From: Anaerolineae bacterium
GTDB taxonomy: Bacteria; Chloroflexota; Anaerolineae; Epilineales; JAHCIE01
Direction: 5' to 3'
NCBI GenBank assembly: GCA_026129165.1
Contig: JAHCIP010000004.1
Coordinates: 1 to 57,124, forward strand
DNA length: 57,124 nucleotides
In this document: positions 18,773 through 29,200 of the stretch, piece after piece
How positions within the stretch are numbered: position 1 is the first letter of the stretch
Layout: each line of letters starts with the position of its first letter
The notes under the pieces: model-generated
What the model saw: the letters and a program-made list of their open reading frames with translations, nothing else
Database searches by the model: none
Told to the model about the DNA's origin: nothing
Translations under genes and position numbers: made by a program

Positions 18773-21325
18773 ATGATAGCTCGTCGTGTGATGTGGGGAG
18801 GGCTGTTGGTGGGGGCGCTCGTACTCGCCCTCCTCGGACAGTTTATTCTCCTGGCGCGGTCCGCCCAGTGGGTGGTCGGCCTGGCCGTCTACCTGGCCGC
18901 GTTGGCCTTCCTGTGGTTCGGCCTGCGCGAGATGGAAGGGGAGCTGCCCTGGCTCCGTCCAGGCCGCGAGGAAGATAGGCGCATCCCGGATACGGGGCAA
19001 CTCGAGACGGGGCAACCGCAGGGGGTCGCCCCTACCCCTGGCCTCGACATGGAGCAACCACAGGGAGTTGCCCCTACGCTGGCGTCGGTCCAGCCCTCGC
19101 CCCTTGAACTGGGGACCGATCTGGACGAGGGGGACGAAGCCGGGCTTGCCAGGGCTGCCGCCGACGTTACCACATCCCAACCCCTGCAGGCAACTGTGGC
19201 CGCCGAGGGTGAGGCTGCGCCAGCGGTCGAGGTTCCCGCTGCGCCGGAGCGGCCACTCCGGCCGCTCTGGAATGCCGATCTGGTGGGCATGTGGGGTAGC
19301 GCAGCCCTGCCAGACGTGCGGCTCAGGCCCCTAGAGCGCGTCGGTGAGTTGGGTCTCTGGCTGCTCACCGTCGCCTGCGCCTTCTACGGCCAGTACCTCA
19401 TGGTCAGTCAACCCGGCCAGATCAACCAGGGCCTCCTGCTCATGGGCGGGGCGGCGCTGGCATTCCTGGGCCTGGCGCTGCGTCACGAACTCGCCGGCCG
19501 GCCGGCCGTGCGATGGGCCAGCCTGTGGCCCTGGTCGGGTCTTCGGCTTCACCTGGAGCGACTGGCGACCCTTCCGACCCTCATCCGTTCGCATTGGTGG
19601 CGGTTCGGACTGATCTTGGTGGGCATAGGCGTCGCGGTGTTCAACTATGGCCTGCTGTGGTCTAAAAACGCGGCGACTCCCTACACCGACGCCGTCATCC
19701 TGTGGCTGGTGAGCATCGCGTGTCTCGTAGCGGCCTGCGCCACACGGCCGCTGCCCAATCCCGTCGCGGTCATCGCGCGCCATCGCCGCGAGGCCCTGCT
19801 CGTCCTGGCGCTGACCGTGGTCGCGGCAGCGCTGCGCCTGGCCTATCTGGGCGCTATCCCCGATATTATCAGTGGCGACGAGGGGCGCATGGGCCAGATG
19901 ACGCTCAGCGTCGTGAATGGCACGCTCAAGGACCCGTTCGCCACGACGTTCGGGCACAGCACGTTGTATATCTTCGTGCGCGCCCTGGCCGTCGAGTGGC
20001 TTGGCGTCAATACACTCAGTCTGCGTCTCGTCGAGGCTATCTTTGGCATCCTCGCCATCCCGATGACCTATGTGTTGGCGCGGCGTATGTTCAATACCTC
20101 GGTCGCCCTGTTCGCGGCGGCTCTGTTGACCGTCTCCCACTTCCACCTCCATTTCAGCCGCGTCAGTGTCAACGGCGGTATCCTGGACGCCTTCTTTACC
20201 GCGCTGGCGGTGTTCCTGTTCTACAGCGGCCTACGCTCGCGGCGCCCGCTCGACTTCGCGCTGTCGGGCATGGTGGTCGGCGTCCACCTGTTCATGTACA
20301 TGGGCGGTCGGTTGACCATCCTGTTCTTGCTGGCGACGATAGTGGCCCTGCTGGTGGTCAACCCGCGCCTGGTCGCGGCGAACTTGAGCGGGCTGGCCGC
20401 CTTTGGCCTGGTCTACGCCGTGACCGCGTTGCCCATGCTGGTGTGGGCGATGCAGCAGCCGGGGGAGTTTGGCGGGCGGTTTGTCACAATGGGCATTCTG
20501 CAGAACGGCTGGCTGGCGAACGAGATGCGCGCCACGGGGCGGAGCCAGTGGGAGGTGCTCCTCCAACAGTTTCGCGTGTCGATGCTCGCGTTTAACGTCT
20601 ATCCGGCCAGCGCCTTCTACCTGGCCTCCAAGCCGATGCTGGACCTGTGGACGGCGGTGCCCTTCGCGCTGGGGCTGGTCTACGCGCTCTGGCGCGCCTT
20701 TGACGAGCGTTTCCTGCTGCTCAATGCCTGGTTCTGGTCGGCGGTGATTGGCGGGCAGGTTCTCGTGCTCAACCCCGACATTTCCGCCTACCGCATTATG
20801 ATTGTGATGCCCGTCGTCGTGATTCTGGCTGCCGTTGCCTGGTTCAAGCTGGTAGACAGCGCGGCGCAGCTTCTCACGCGCAACCGTTACCTGTGGGGGA
20901 CGCTGACGATGGCGTTCATCGCCCTGGTGGCCTACGTCAACCTGAGCTATTACTGGGTGGACTTCGCGCCCAACTGCCGGTACGAGGACCGGGGCACGCG
21001 CGTTCCCTCGCTTATGGGCTCCTACCTGGGAACACTCGACCGTGACTACCGGGGCTATCTGTATGGCGAGCCGTGGCTGTTCTACGGCACCCACCCCTCG
21101 GTGGACTATCTGAGCGGTTCGCTTCCGGTGCAGAATGTACGCGGGGCGCAGGCGGCGAACGTGAACTTTGTGGATCGGACGCATAAGGCCGTGTTTATGT
21201 TTGTGCCAGAACAGGTTAAGGTGGCCTCGCCGACCGTGGAACAAACCTTCCCCGGCGGGCGCTGGGTGGAGATCAAAGATTGTGGGACGCCTGTCCTATA
21301 TGCCTATGAAGTGGCCCCACGCTAG
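18773..21325 (+). CDS. GT-C fold membrane glycosyltransferase (PMT_2-like) containing in-frame REP copies
   Basis: 850 aa, with 'ALRL..L..IP....GDEG', 'LRL..AIFGIL.IP..Y.LARRMF....ALFAA.LL.VS.FHLHFSR'. Confidence 0.82.
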   Translation: MIARRVMWGGLLVGALVLALLGQFILLARSAQWVVGLAVYLAALAFLWFGLREMEGELPWLRPGREEDRRIPDTGQLETGQPQGVAPTPGLDMEQPQGVAPTLASVQPSPLELGTDLDEGDEAGLARAAADVTTSQPLQATVAAEGEAAPAVEVPAAPERPLRPLWNADLVGMWGSAALPDVRLRPLERVGELGLWLLTVACAFYGQYLMVSQPGQINQGLLLMGGAALAFLGLALRHELAGRPAVRWASLWPWSGLRLHLERLATLPTLIRSHWWRFGLILVGIGVAVFNYGLLWSKNAATPYTDAVILWLVSIACLVAACATRPLPNPVAVIARHRREALLVLALTVVAAALRLAYLGAIPDIISGDEGRMGQMTLSVVNGTLKDPFATTFGHSTLYIFVRALAVEWLGVNTLSLRLVEAIFGILAIPMTYVLARRMFNTSVALFAAALLTVSHFHLHFSRVSVNGGILDAFFTALAVFLFYSGLRSRRPLDFALSGMVVGVHLFMYMGGRLTILFLLATIVALLVVNPRLVAANLSGLAAFGLVYAVTALPMLVWAMQQPGEFGGRFVTMGILQNGWLANEMRATGRSQWEVLLQQFRVSMLAFNVYPASAFYLASKPMLDLWTAVPFALGLVYALWRAFDERFLLLNAWFWSAVIGGQVLVLNPDISAYRIMIVMPVVVILAAVAWFKLVDSAAQLLTRNRYLWGTLTMAFIALVAYVNLSYYWVDFAPNCRYEDRGTRVPSLMGSYLGTLDRDYRGYLYGEPWLFYGTHPSVDYLSGSLPVQNVRGAQAANVNFVDRTHKAVFMFVPEQVKVASPTVEQTFPGGRWVEIKDCGTPVLYAYEVAPR
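18992..19077 (-). repeat. Two GTAG REP-like palindromes plus a partial copy, in frame within a CDS
   Basis: Reverse strand: GTAGGGGCGACCCCCTGCGGTTGCCCC (19009-19035) and GTAGGGGCAACTCCCTGTGGTTGCTCC (19051-19077), 42 bp apart. They encode QPQGVAPT twice. Confidence 0.8.
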
Positions 21326-21346
21326 CGGGTTGGGGTGGGGGAGTGA

Positions 21347-22195
21347 ATGGTAAGACAAGCCCTGGCATTAGAGGAAACTGTCTGCCCGTTGTGTCGAAGC
21401 GCTGACTATAGGGTGGCGTATCGCTTTGACCCTTATGCAGTCGCCCGCTGCGGCGTGTGCGGTTTCTATTACCTGTCGCCGCGCCTGGCCGAGGCGGCGA
21501 TGCTCGATATCTACCGTGAGGATGACTACTTCGAGGGGACCGAGAACGGCTATACCAGCTATGTCGAGCAGGAGAAGGCGCTGCGGGCTACCTTCCGCCG
21601 TTTTCTCGACAACCTGCGTCGGCGCGGCCTTAGCGGCGGCTCGCTCCTGGAAGTTGGCTGCGGCTACGGCTATCTACTGGACGAGGCGCGGCGCGATTTC
21701 AGCCCGCGCGTTGGCACGGATTTCTCAGCCCAGGCCGTCGCCGAGGCGCGGCGCGTGGCCGACCGCGTCTACCAGGGCGGTCTGGAACAACTCCCGCCCG
21801 ACGAGACGTATGACTGTATCGTCGCCATCAACGTTATCGAGCATATCTACGACCCGCTGCCATTTGTCGAGAGCCTGGTCGCCCATCTGGCTCCAGGGGG
21901 GCGCGTCGTCATCGCCACGCCCCACATGGGCAGCTTCTGGCGGCGGTTGATGGGGCGGCGCTGGGCGTCTTTCAAGCTGCCGGAGCATGTTCTCTACTTT
22001 GATAGTCCCGCGTTGGCGCGGCTGATGCAGGCGGCGGGACTGGCCCGCGTTCAACCGCTGCCCTACCCGCACGCCTTCCCGCTAGCCCTGGTCGCGGCCA
22101 AGCTGAACCTCACCCTGATGGGGCCGTTCGGTCGGGCGAACTGCTGGCTGCCTCAGACGATGGTGGCGATGTATGGATTTAAACGTGATGGCTAG
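21347..22195 (+). CDS. Class I SAM-dependent methyltransferase with N-terminal CxxC/CxxC ribbon
   Basis: CPLC...CGVC, LLEVGCGYG, VIEHIYDP, and PEH..YF; typical of glycan-cluster methyltransferases. Confidence 0.87.
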   Translation: MVRQALALEETVCPLCRSADYRVAYRFDPYAVARCGVCGFYYLSPRLAEAAMLDIYREDDYFEGTENGYTSYVEQEKALRATFRRFLDNLRRRGLSGGSLLEVGCGYGYLLDEARRDFSPRVGTDFSAQAVAEARRVADRVYQGGLEQLPPDETYDCIVAINVIEHIYDPLPFVESLVAHLAPGGRVVIATPHMGSFWRRLMGRRWASFKLPEHVLYFDSPALARLMQAAGLARVQPLPYPHAFPLALVAAKLNLTLMGPFGRANCWLPQTMVAMYGFKRDG

Positions 22196-23213
22196 TCCGT
22201 CTGAGCCCCCGACGCTCTCGATTGTGATTCCGGTCTATAGCGAGGGGCCGAACCTGGACCGCCTGCTGGCAGAGTTGGAGCGCCAACTAGTTGCCATCGG
22301 CGAGAGCTACGAGTTGGTGTTTGTGGACGATGGCTCGACTGACGATACGTGGCAGGTCTTGACGGCCGCCCGCCCGCGGTACCCTCACCTGCGCGCCCTC
22401 CGCCTGAGCCGCAACTTCGGTAAGGAGGCGGCCCTGTGCGCCGGGTTAGAGGCGGCGCGGGGGCAGGCGATCATCGTCATGGACGCCGATCTGCAACACC
22501 CGCCGCACATGTTGCCCCAGATGGTCCACCTGTGGCGGTCGGGCGACGCTGACGTGGTCGAAGCGGTCAAGGAGAGCCGGGGTCGCGAGTCGCTGACGAA
22601 CAAGGTCGGGGCGCGCGTGTTCTACACGCTCATCAGCCGGCTGTCGGGCTACAACCTGGAAGGCGCCTCCGACTTCAAACTGCTCGACCGCCGGGTGGTG
22701 GATGCCTGGCAGCGCCTGGGGGAACGGGATGTCTTCTTTCGCGGCATGACGGCGTGGCTGGGCTTCCGCCATGCCCACTTGTCGTTTGTTGTACCGGAAC
22801 GCGTTGGGGGCCGTTCACGCTGGTCCATTATTCGACTCATCACCCTGGCCGTCAATGCCATCACCTCCTTCTCATCCAAGCCGCTGCATCTCATTACAGC
22901 CGTCGGGTTAGTCTTTATGGTGTTAGCCGCGCTTCTGGGCGCGCAGACCCTGTACCTGAAACTGGCTGGCGAGGCCGTCAGCGGTTTCGCCACCGTCATT
23001 CTGCTCCAGTTGATCATTGGCAGCCTGCTGATGATCAGCCTGGGGGTGATTGGGCTGTACCTGGCCCGTATCTATGAAGAGGTCAAGGGCCGTCCCCGCT
23101 ACATCATTGCCCAGACCCTCGCCACCCCTGAGGCGGACGGGCCGGCGCCCCTGGAAGCCCGTGAAGGCTGGGCCGACCTCGCGCCTTCTACTCGTCATAA
23201 GGCTAGAGCCTAA
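22188..23213 (+). CDS. GT2 polyprenol-phosphate glycosyltransferase (GtrB/YkcC-like)
   Basis: LSIVIPVY.E, FVDDGSTD, LSRNFGKEAAL.AGL, MDADLQHPP, SDFKLLDR, two C-terminal TMs, and IYEEVKGRPRYII. Confidence 0.92.
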   Translation: MASPSEPPTLSIVIPVYSEGPNLDRLLAELERQLVAIGESYELVFVDDGSTDDTWQVLTAARPRYPHLRALRLSRNFGKEAALCAGLEAARGQAIIVMDADLQHPPHMLPQMVHLWRSGDADVVEAVKESRGRESLTNKVGARVFYTLISRLSGYNLEGASDFKLLDRRVVDAWQRLGERDVFFRGMTAWLGFRHAHLSFVVPERVGGRSRWSIIRLITLAVNAITSFSSKPLHLITAVGLVFMVLAALLGAQTLYLKLAGEAVSGFATVILLQLIIGSLLMISLGVIGLYLARIYEEVKGRPRYIIAQTLATPEADGPAPLEAREGWADLAPSTRHKARA

Positions 23214-23217
23214 GACT

Positions 23218-23934
23218 ATGGAGCGTGCCATTCCCACCGCTGTGGTCCTCCCTACCTACAATGAAGCCGATAACCTGACAGCGCTGGTCCAGGCGTTGCT
23301 GGCTCTACCCAACGACCTGACGGTGATTGTCGTGGACGACAACTCGCCTGACGGCACAGGCGAGTTGGCCGACCACCTGGCGCGGCAGACCGGGCGGGTG
23401 CTGGTGCGGCATCGGCCGGGCAAGCTGGGACTGGGCACGGCCTACGTCGAAGGCTTTCGGACCGCGCTGGCCCACGGCGCGCAGCGTATCGTGACGATGG
23501 ACGCCGACTTCTCCCACCACCCCCGCTATCTGCCCAACGTCATCGCGCTCACTGAGGAGGCCGCACTCGGTATCGGCTCGCGGTATGTGCGAGGCGGCGC
23601 AACGCTCAACTGGGGGCTCCACCGTCAACTGCTGAGCGCATTGGCCAATACCCTGGCGCGGGCGGCGCTGCGGCTGCCATCCCATGACTGCACCGCCGGT
23701 TTCCGCTGCTATCGGCGCGAGGTTCTGGAGGCCGTCAATTTAGACTCTATACGCTCTAACGGCTACTCCTTCCTCATCGAGATGCTCTATCAGGTAACGC
23801 GCCACGGCTTCCGCGTGGCTGAGACACCCATCCTGTTTGAGGACCGGCGCTTCGGCCAGTCCAAGATTTCTGAGCAAGAGATCATGCGCGCTGCCATGAC
23901 AGTAGTGCGTTTGTCAACCGCACGGCATCGATAA
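23218..23934 (+). CDS. Polyprenol/dolichol-phosphate mannose synthase (Ppm1/DPM1-like GT2)
   Basis: VVLPTYNEA.N, VVDDNSPDGTG, KLGLGTAY..GF, MDADFSH.P, GSRYV.GG, and F.DRR.GQSK. ATG at 23218; the ORF-track start of 23050 overlaps the previous gene. Confidence 0.9.
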   Translation: MERAIPTAVVLPTYNEADNLTALVQALLALPNDLTVIVVDDNSPDGTGELADHLARQTGRVLVRHRPGKLGLGTAYVEGFRTALAHGAQRIVTMDADFSHHPRYLPNVIALTEEAALGIGSRYVRGGATLNWGLHRQLLSALANTLARAALRLPSHDCTAGFRCYRREVLEAVNLDSIRSNGYSFLIEMLYQVTRHGFRVAETPILFEDRRFGQSKISEQEIMRAAMTVVRLSTARHR

Positions 23935-23956
23935 CGGTGATCGACTGAAGGGGACT

Positions 23957-26071
23957 GTGATAATGATCAACGAGCAACCAGAGCAGCGTCCGCCTGAGTG
24001 GATGCCCGTACCTCGTTACTTCCCGCTATCCAAGTTGGCTGCTGTGACTGATTGGCTCTCTGTTCCGATTCTAGCAGAATGGATGACCATTCTTCTCGCT
24101 GCCCTCTTGTACGGGGGACGAGCACTTCTCAATCTTGATTCACGCATCCTACAGTTATCAGGTGAACACCCAGAAAGCGCAACTCTTCCTCTTCTCGCAG
24201 AAATTGGCCTCAAGCGCTATGGTGAAATACCGCTTTGGAACCCCTATATGACCACCGGGTTTCCCCACGCGGGTGATTTAATCAATCACTTTTGGCATCC
24301 CATTTCCACCCTTCCCATTTTGATTTGGGGAGGTATTAACGGGATGAAAATCTCTATCTTTATCGCCTTCATTGTCGCGGGGATGGGGCAGTGGGTTCTA
24401 GGGCGCCTGTTTGGGTTGCGAGGGATGTTCAGACTCTGGTCAAGCCTGATGTTCCTACTATGCGGCGGACTAGCGATGCTATGGCGTTTGGGGTGGTATG
24501 AACTGCTTCTCGGCGTCGCCTGGTTCCCTTGGTCCTTTGCTGCTCTATGGTGGGCGCTCCAGCGCCGGGATAGGACTTCTCTTGTCTTGGCCGCCATCCC
24601 TGTCGTTATGGTATTGTCCACGGGCGGTGGGTATTATCCTTTTTATCTGGGGGGGAGTTTGATTGTGTTGACTCTCACCGCGCTCGTGATGGGGGCAGGG
24701 GGGGGGCGAGGGCAAATCTTAATTCGCGCTGGGGTGGTTGCTTTGTTGTCGACCGGAGTTTTGGCGGTCATGATGGCGCCAATGCTAGATGTATTGCGGT
24801 TAGCGACAAGGCTTGTGGGTATGGACACAAATCAGGAAGGCTCGCAGCCTATCGCCTATGCGCTGGTTAACTATATCGTCTCCAAGCCTGAGTGGTACAG
24901 TAGTTCGATCCTCGGACAGAAGGGAGGCTGGAACTGGTTTTACATTGGCGCTATCCCCATCGGAGCGCTAGGTTTAGCGCCGCTCGCCCTTCGTGTCAAG
25001 CGCTATCGTACTGCGATCATCGTGCTGGGTGTACTAAGCATCATCCTGTTAGCGTGGTCAGGCAATCGCTACACACCGATGCGGCTTATTTATGACTGGA
25101 TACCGACCCTGTACTACCTGCGTTTTCCAAATCGGTTGCTGATTCTCGCCACTAGTCCCTTGCTCATCGTGGCGGGGTTGGGACTACAGTATGTGACTGA
25201 AAGATGGCAGCGCCAAGTTCGGGGGGTTGTCGTGGGGGTGTCGCGCTGGGTCGAGGAGCCGCGGCCCATCCGGCTGCTGCCTCTCAGCTGGCTAGTCCAG
25301 GGGATGATGGGGCTTGTCCTGGTTTATACCGTGTGGGACGTTTACTCTGTGAATCGCCCCCTTGCATTTTTGCCAGAAGCCCTCGATCCACGCTCCTTTG
25401 CGGCGATGAAATGGCTCAAAAGCAACGACCCCGGTCTGTACTATATTGACGTGGGCGGCGCTGTGCCTGGCTTCCCGTGGCTGCCAGCTATCTACGACGC
25501 GGAAATGCCTATGATCAATTTCGTATATGGTCGGCTCCTACGTGAGCGTGACCGGCAAATGCAGCCTGGCTCTCCGTTCACGGCGCGAGCCAAATACATG
25601 TTTGTCGTCAATGGTCAACCCAAGCCAGTTGGAGGGGAAAAGCTGACGGATTTCGACGGCATCGAACTCTGGCGCATTCCCGACGTTCTGCCCTATGCCT
25701 TCACGGTGGCGACCAGCCTGGTTGAGACAAATGCGCACCTCAAGAGGAGCGATGTCACAGAGATGAAGGCGCGTATTGACGGCCCCAACCGCGTCATAGT
25801 GGAAGGTACAATGACATCTGACAGCCACCTGGTTGTCCTGATGAATGACTATCCAGGCTGGAAACTTCGGATTGACAATACCCCAGCTGCCTTGGCGTCC
25901 GTGAATGGCTACCTGGGCGCTGTCGCCCCAAGCGGCTCTCATGTTTTTGTCTTTGAGTTCCATCCGGCGAGTCATGACATTGGGTTGGCAATTAGCTTGT
26001 TGACGTTAGTCGTGATGGTTGGCCTGGTGTTGCTGGATAGAGTTCCGCGCTTTAGGCGCGAGCAGGCCTGA
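23957..26071 (+). CDS. YfhO-like GT-C membrane protein, visibly lower GC than its neighbours
   Basis: GEIPLWNPY..TGFP..., LRFPNR, and C-terminal 'YPGW...ID...A....NG....V.P.G.H...FEF.P' followed by a terminal TM. Confidence 0.75.
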   Translation: MIMINEQPEQRPPEWMPVPRYFPLSKLAAVTDWLSVPILAEWMTILLAALLYGGRALLNLDSRILQLSGEHPESATLPLLAEIGLKRYGEIPLWNPYMTTGFPHAGDLINHFWHPISTLPILIWGGINGMKISIFIAFIVAGMGQWVLGRLFGLRGMFRLWSSLMFLLCGGLAMLWRLGWYELLLGVAWFPWSFAALWWALQRRDRTSLVLAAIPVVMVLSTGGGYYPFYLGGSLIVLTLTALVMGAGGGRGQILIRAGVVALLSTGVLAVMMAPMLDVLRLATRLVGMDTNQEGSQPIAYALVNYIVSKPEWYSSSILGQKGGWNWFYIGAIPIGALGLAPLALRVKRYRTAIIVLGVLSIILLAWSGNRYTPMRLIYDWIPTLYYLRFPNRLLILATSPLLIVAGLGLQYVTERWQRQVRGVVVGVSRWVEEPRPIRLLPLSWLVQGMMGLVLVYTVWDVYSVNRPLAFLPEALDPRSFAAMKWLKSNDPGLYYIDVGGAVPGFPWLPAIYDAEMPMINFVYGRLLRERDRQMQPGSPFTARAKYMFVVNGQPKPVGGEKLTDFDGIELWRIPDVLPYAFTVATSLVETNAHLKRSDVTEMKARIDGPNRVIVEGTMTSDSHLVVLMNDYPGWKLRIDNTPAALASVNGYLGAVAPSGSHVFVFEFHPASHDIGLAISLLTLVVMVGLVLLDRVPRFRREQA

Positions 26072-26106
26072 CTACTCATATTCTGAAGGCAAGCGCGTTG
26101 GCGGGG

Positions 26107-26140
26107 AAGATGGCCGCGAGATTTGGTACGCGGCCATCTT
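26107..26140 (+). terminator. Hairpin after the yfhO-like gene
   Basis: AAGATGGCCGCG-N10-CGCGGCCATCTT, a perfect 12-bp stem; weak U tail. Confidence 0.55.
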
Positions 26141-26242
26141 GTGCGTAAAATTCCCCTGTTATCGGGACAGGTAGTGAATAGAATTCTTGTCGAGCGCGTT
26201 ACCATAGAGGATAGGATGCGGTAGGTGGGTTAGGAGGTTAGT

Positions 26243-29200
26243 GTGCAAAAGGCGATTGAAGGCGCGGCCCCAGCCATTCGGCCGGAGGCGCCGGCGGTGA
26301 CGCCCACGCGGGCGGGCCAGGCCACGTGGCTGAATGGCGCAATGTTGGCTCTGTTCCTGGGCGCGATCTTCGTCTTTGGGGTCTATTTCCGCTCGGTCGG
26401 GCGCAATTGGGACGAGGGTCAGACCTTGCACCCCGACGAACGCTTCCTGGTGATGGTGACGAATGCCGTCCAGCCCGTCAAGAGCGTCGGTGAGTACTTT
26501 GACACGGCGAAATCGCAGTTGAACCCGTACAACAAGGGTTTCGGCTCCTTCGTCTACGGGACGCTGCCACTGTTCATTGTGCGCTACACCTCGGAATGGT
26601 GCCGCGAGTGCGGCTGGCTCCAGAGCTTGCTCGGCGTCAAAGGGCCGTTGACAGGCTATGGCGAGACGACGCAGTTGGGCCGCTTCCTATCCAGCGTGTT
26701 CGACCTGGCCGCGCTGGTCGTCCTGTTCTCCATCGCCCGCCGGCTGTACGATACGCGCGTCGCCGTTTTGGCGACTGCTCTCGGCGCGTTCAGCGTCCTC
26801 AATATCCAACAGTCGCACTACTACACAGCGGATACCTTCGCTAACCTCTTCGCCATCCTCACTATCCTGTTCTGTGTTCGTGTCCTCCAGGGCGGCGGCT
26901 GGAAGGACTATGTGGGCGTCGGCCTATTCTTCGGTGCGTCCATTGGCAGCCGCATCAATCTGCTGACGCTGGCCGGCCTCATCGTCATTACCGTCGTCGT
27001 GCGTCTGCTGGATGCATGGCGGGGAAGAACCCTCACCCCCAACCCCTCTCCCATAGGGGGAGGGGAGTCCGGCTCCTTCCCTCTCCCTATGGGAGAGGGC
27101 CAGGGTGAGGGTCTTAGCCGTCCCACCTTCGAATCCGTCTGGCTCGGCGCCGTCCTCCTCTTGCTCGTCACCCTGATCACCTTCCGCGTCGTCATGCCCT
27201 ACGCCTTCCTGGCCCCGGACAGCAGCCCGACCAGCTGGCTCAAGTTCAATACGCAGTGGCAGGGCGACATGGGTAATGCCCAGCGCATGAACCGGGGCGA
27301 TGTGGATGTCCCCTTCGGGCACCAGTGGACCGACCGCTGGCCGCTATGGTTCCCGTTCTACAACATGGTCTGGTTCGGGTTGGGCATCCCGTTGGGCATC
27401 GCGGCGTGGACGGCCTGGGGCGTCGCCCTGTGGCAACTCCTCGCCTCGCTATGGCCGAGACGCGGCCAGCCCTGGTCGCTTGACCGCCTGCTGGATAGCC
27501 CCATGCTGCGGGCGCACCTGCTGCCTGTAGCCTGGATTGGCATCACCTTCCTGTTCCACGGTACGCAGTGGGTCAAATCCGTCCGCTACTTCCTCCAGAT
27601 GTATCCGTTCATGGCGCTCATGGCCGCCTGGCTCGTCGTCTACGCCTGGGACCGCGCCACAGACGCGGCGGCCAGCCGAGGGCGGCGGGGCCGTGCCTGG
27701 ACGCTGGACAAGATTGCAGCGGGGGCATTCGCTGGTCTGGTCCTGGTAGGGACGTTTCTGTTTGCCCTGGCTTTCGTGAGCATCTATACCAAGCCGGTGA
27801 CTCGCGTGGCGGCGTCGCGCTGGATTTACGAGAACGTGCCGACCGCCGCGACGCTCCGCCTCGACACCGCACAAGGGCCGCGCCAGGTGCAAGCCGCCAT
27901 CCCCAAGGGCTTCGCGTGGCCCCAGAACAACGCGACCAATATGACCCCCTTCAAGGCGCCCGCCGAGGGTACGCTGACGGGCATCACGCTCAACTACCTG
28001 TCTGACCCGACGCGCGATGCCGACGCCGAGACCCTGGAAGTCGTCGTGGCGCGGGATCCGGGCGGCCAGACCGTGGTGGCGAAGGGGCAGGCGACGGCTA
28101 ATCTGGAGCAGGCCGGGCCGCGCGGCATGTCGGTACCCGTCACGCTGGACAGTGGGGCGGGGACGGCGCTGGAGCCAGGGCAGGAGTACTTCCTGGTCAC
28201 GCGAGCCACGCGCGGCGCGCCGATCCAGGCCGGCACGGCCAACCTGGCGAACGAGCACTGGGACGATGGTATTCCGCTACGTCTCGATGGCCGCGACGGC
28301 TTTGGCATCTACAACGGCCTGGAAATGACCAACTACGACGAGGATGAGCCGGCCAAGCTCCAGAAGATGGTGGACCGCATGGACCAGGCCGACTATATCT
28401 TCATGACCTCCGGCCGCCTCTACGAGTCCATCCCGCGTCTGCCCATGCGCTGGCCGATGACGACGCGCTACTACGACCTCATGCTCAACCATCCTGAGGA
28501 GTTGGGCTACGCCCGCGTCGCCGAGTTCACCAGCTACCCCCAGTTGGGGCCGTTCGTCTGGAACGACGACTCATCCGAAGAGCAGTTCCGCGTCTACGAC
28601 CACCCCAAGGTACTCATTTTCCAGAAGACCCCTGCCTTCAACAAGGCCGAGGTCGCGCGCAAACTGGGCGAGGGCATCGAGTGGGACAAGATTCAGCGGC
28701 TGTGGGACAAGGAAGCGACCAACGTCTATAACAATGCCCGCTGGCGGCAGATTCCCGTCATCGGCGGGCTGATCGCCAACCGCCTCGCGCCGCTGCCCGA
28801 CCAGACGCGGGCGCAAGCGGCGGCCGCTCCAACGCCCGGCATCCCCAGTGCCTCCAAGACGACACTGATGCTGCCCCAGGCGGACCAAGTCCGCCAGCAG
28901 CTCGGCGGGACGTGGTCCGCCATCTTCGACCCGGCTTCGCCCCTGAACACGAGTGGCGTCCTGTCGGTGCTGGTGTGGCTGCTGGCGATTTACGCCCTCG
29001 GCCTGGCCGCCTTCCCCATCGCCTTTGCCATCTTCCACCACCTGGGCGACCGAGGCTGGTTCAGCAGCAAGATCATGGGTCTGTTGCTCGTCAGCTATGG
29101 CGCGTGGCTGGTCGCTAGCGTCCAGCGCATCGTCCCCTTTGGCCGGGAGTTGGTCTGGGCCGTCATGGGGGCGCTGATTGTGGTTGGCGCGCTGTTCGCC

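Noticed and set aside
23050-23217. N-terminal extensions in the ORF track (23050; also 40386 and 8379)
   Set aside because: The 23050 and 40386 extensions overlap upstream genes, and 8379 lacks a good RBS. Downstream starts (23218, 40527, 8442) match family N-termini.
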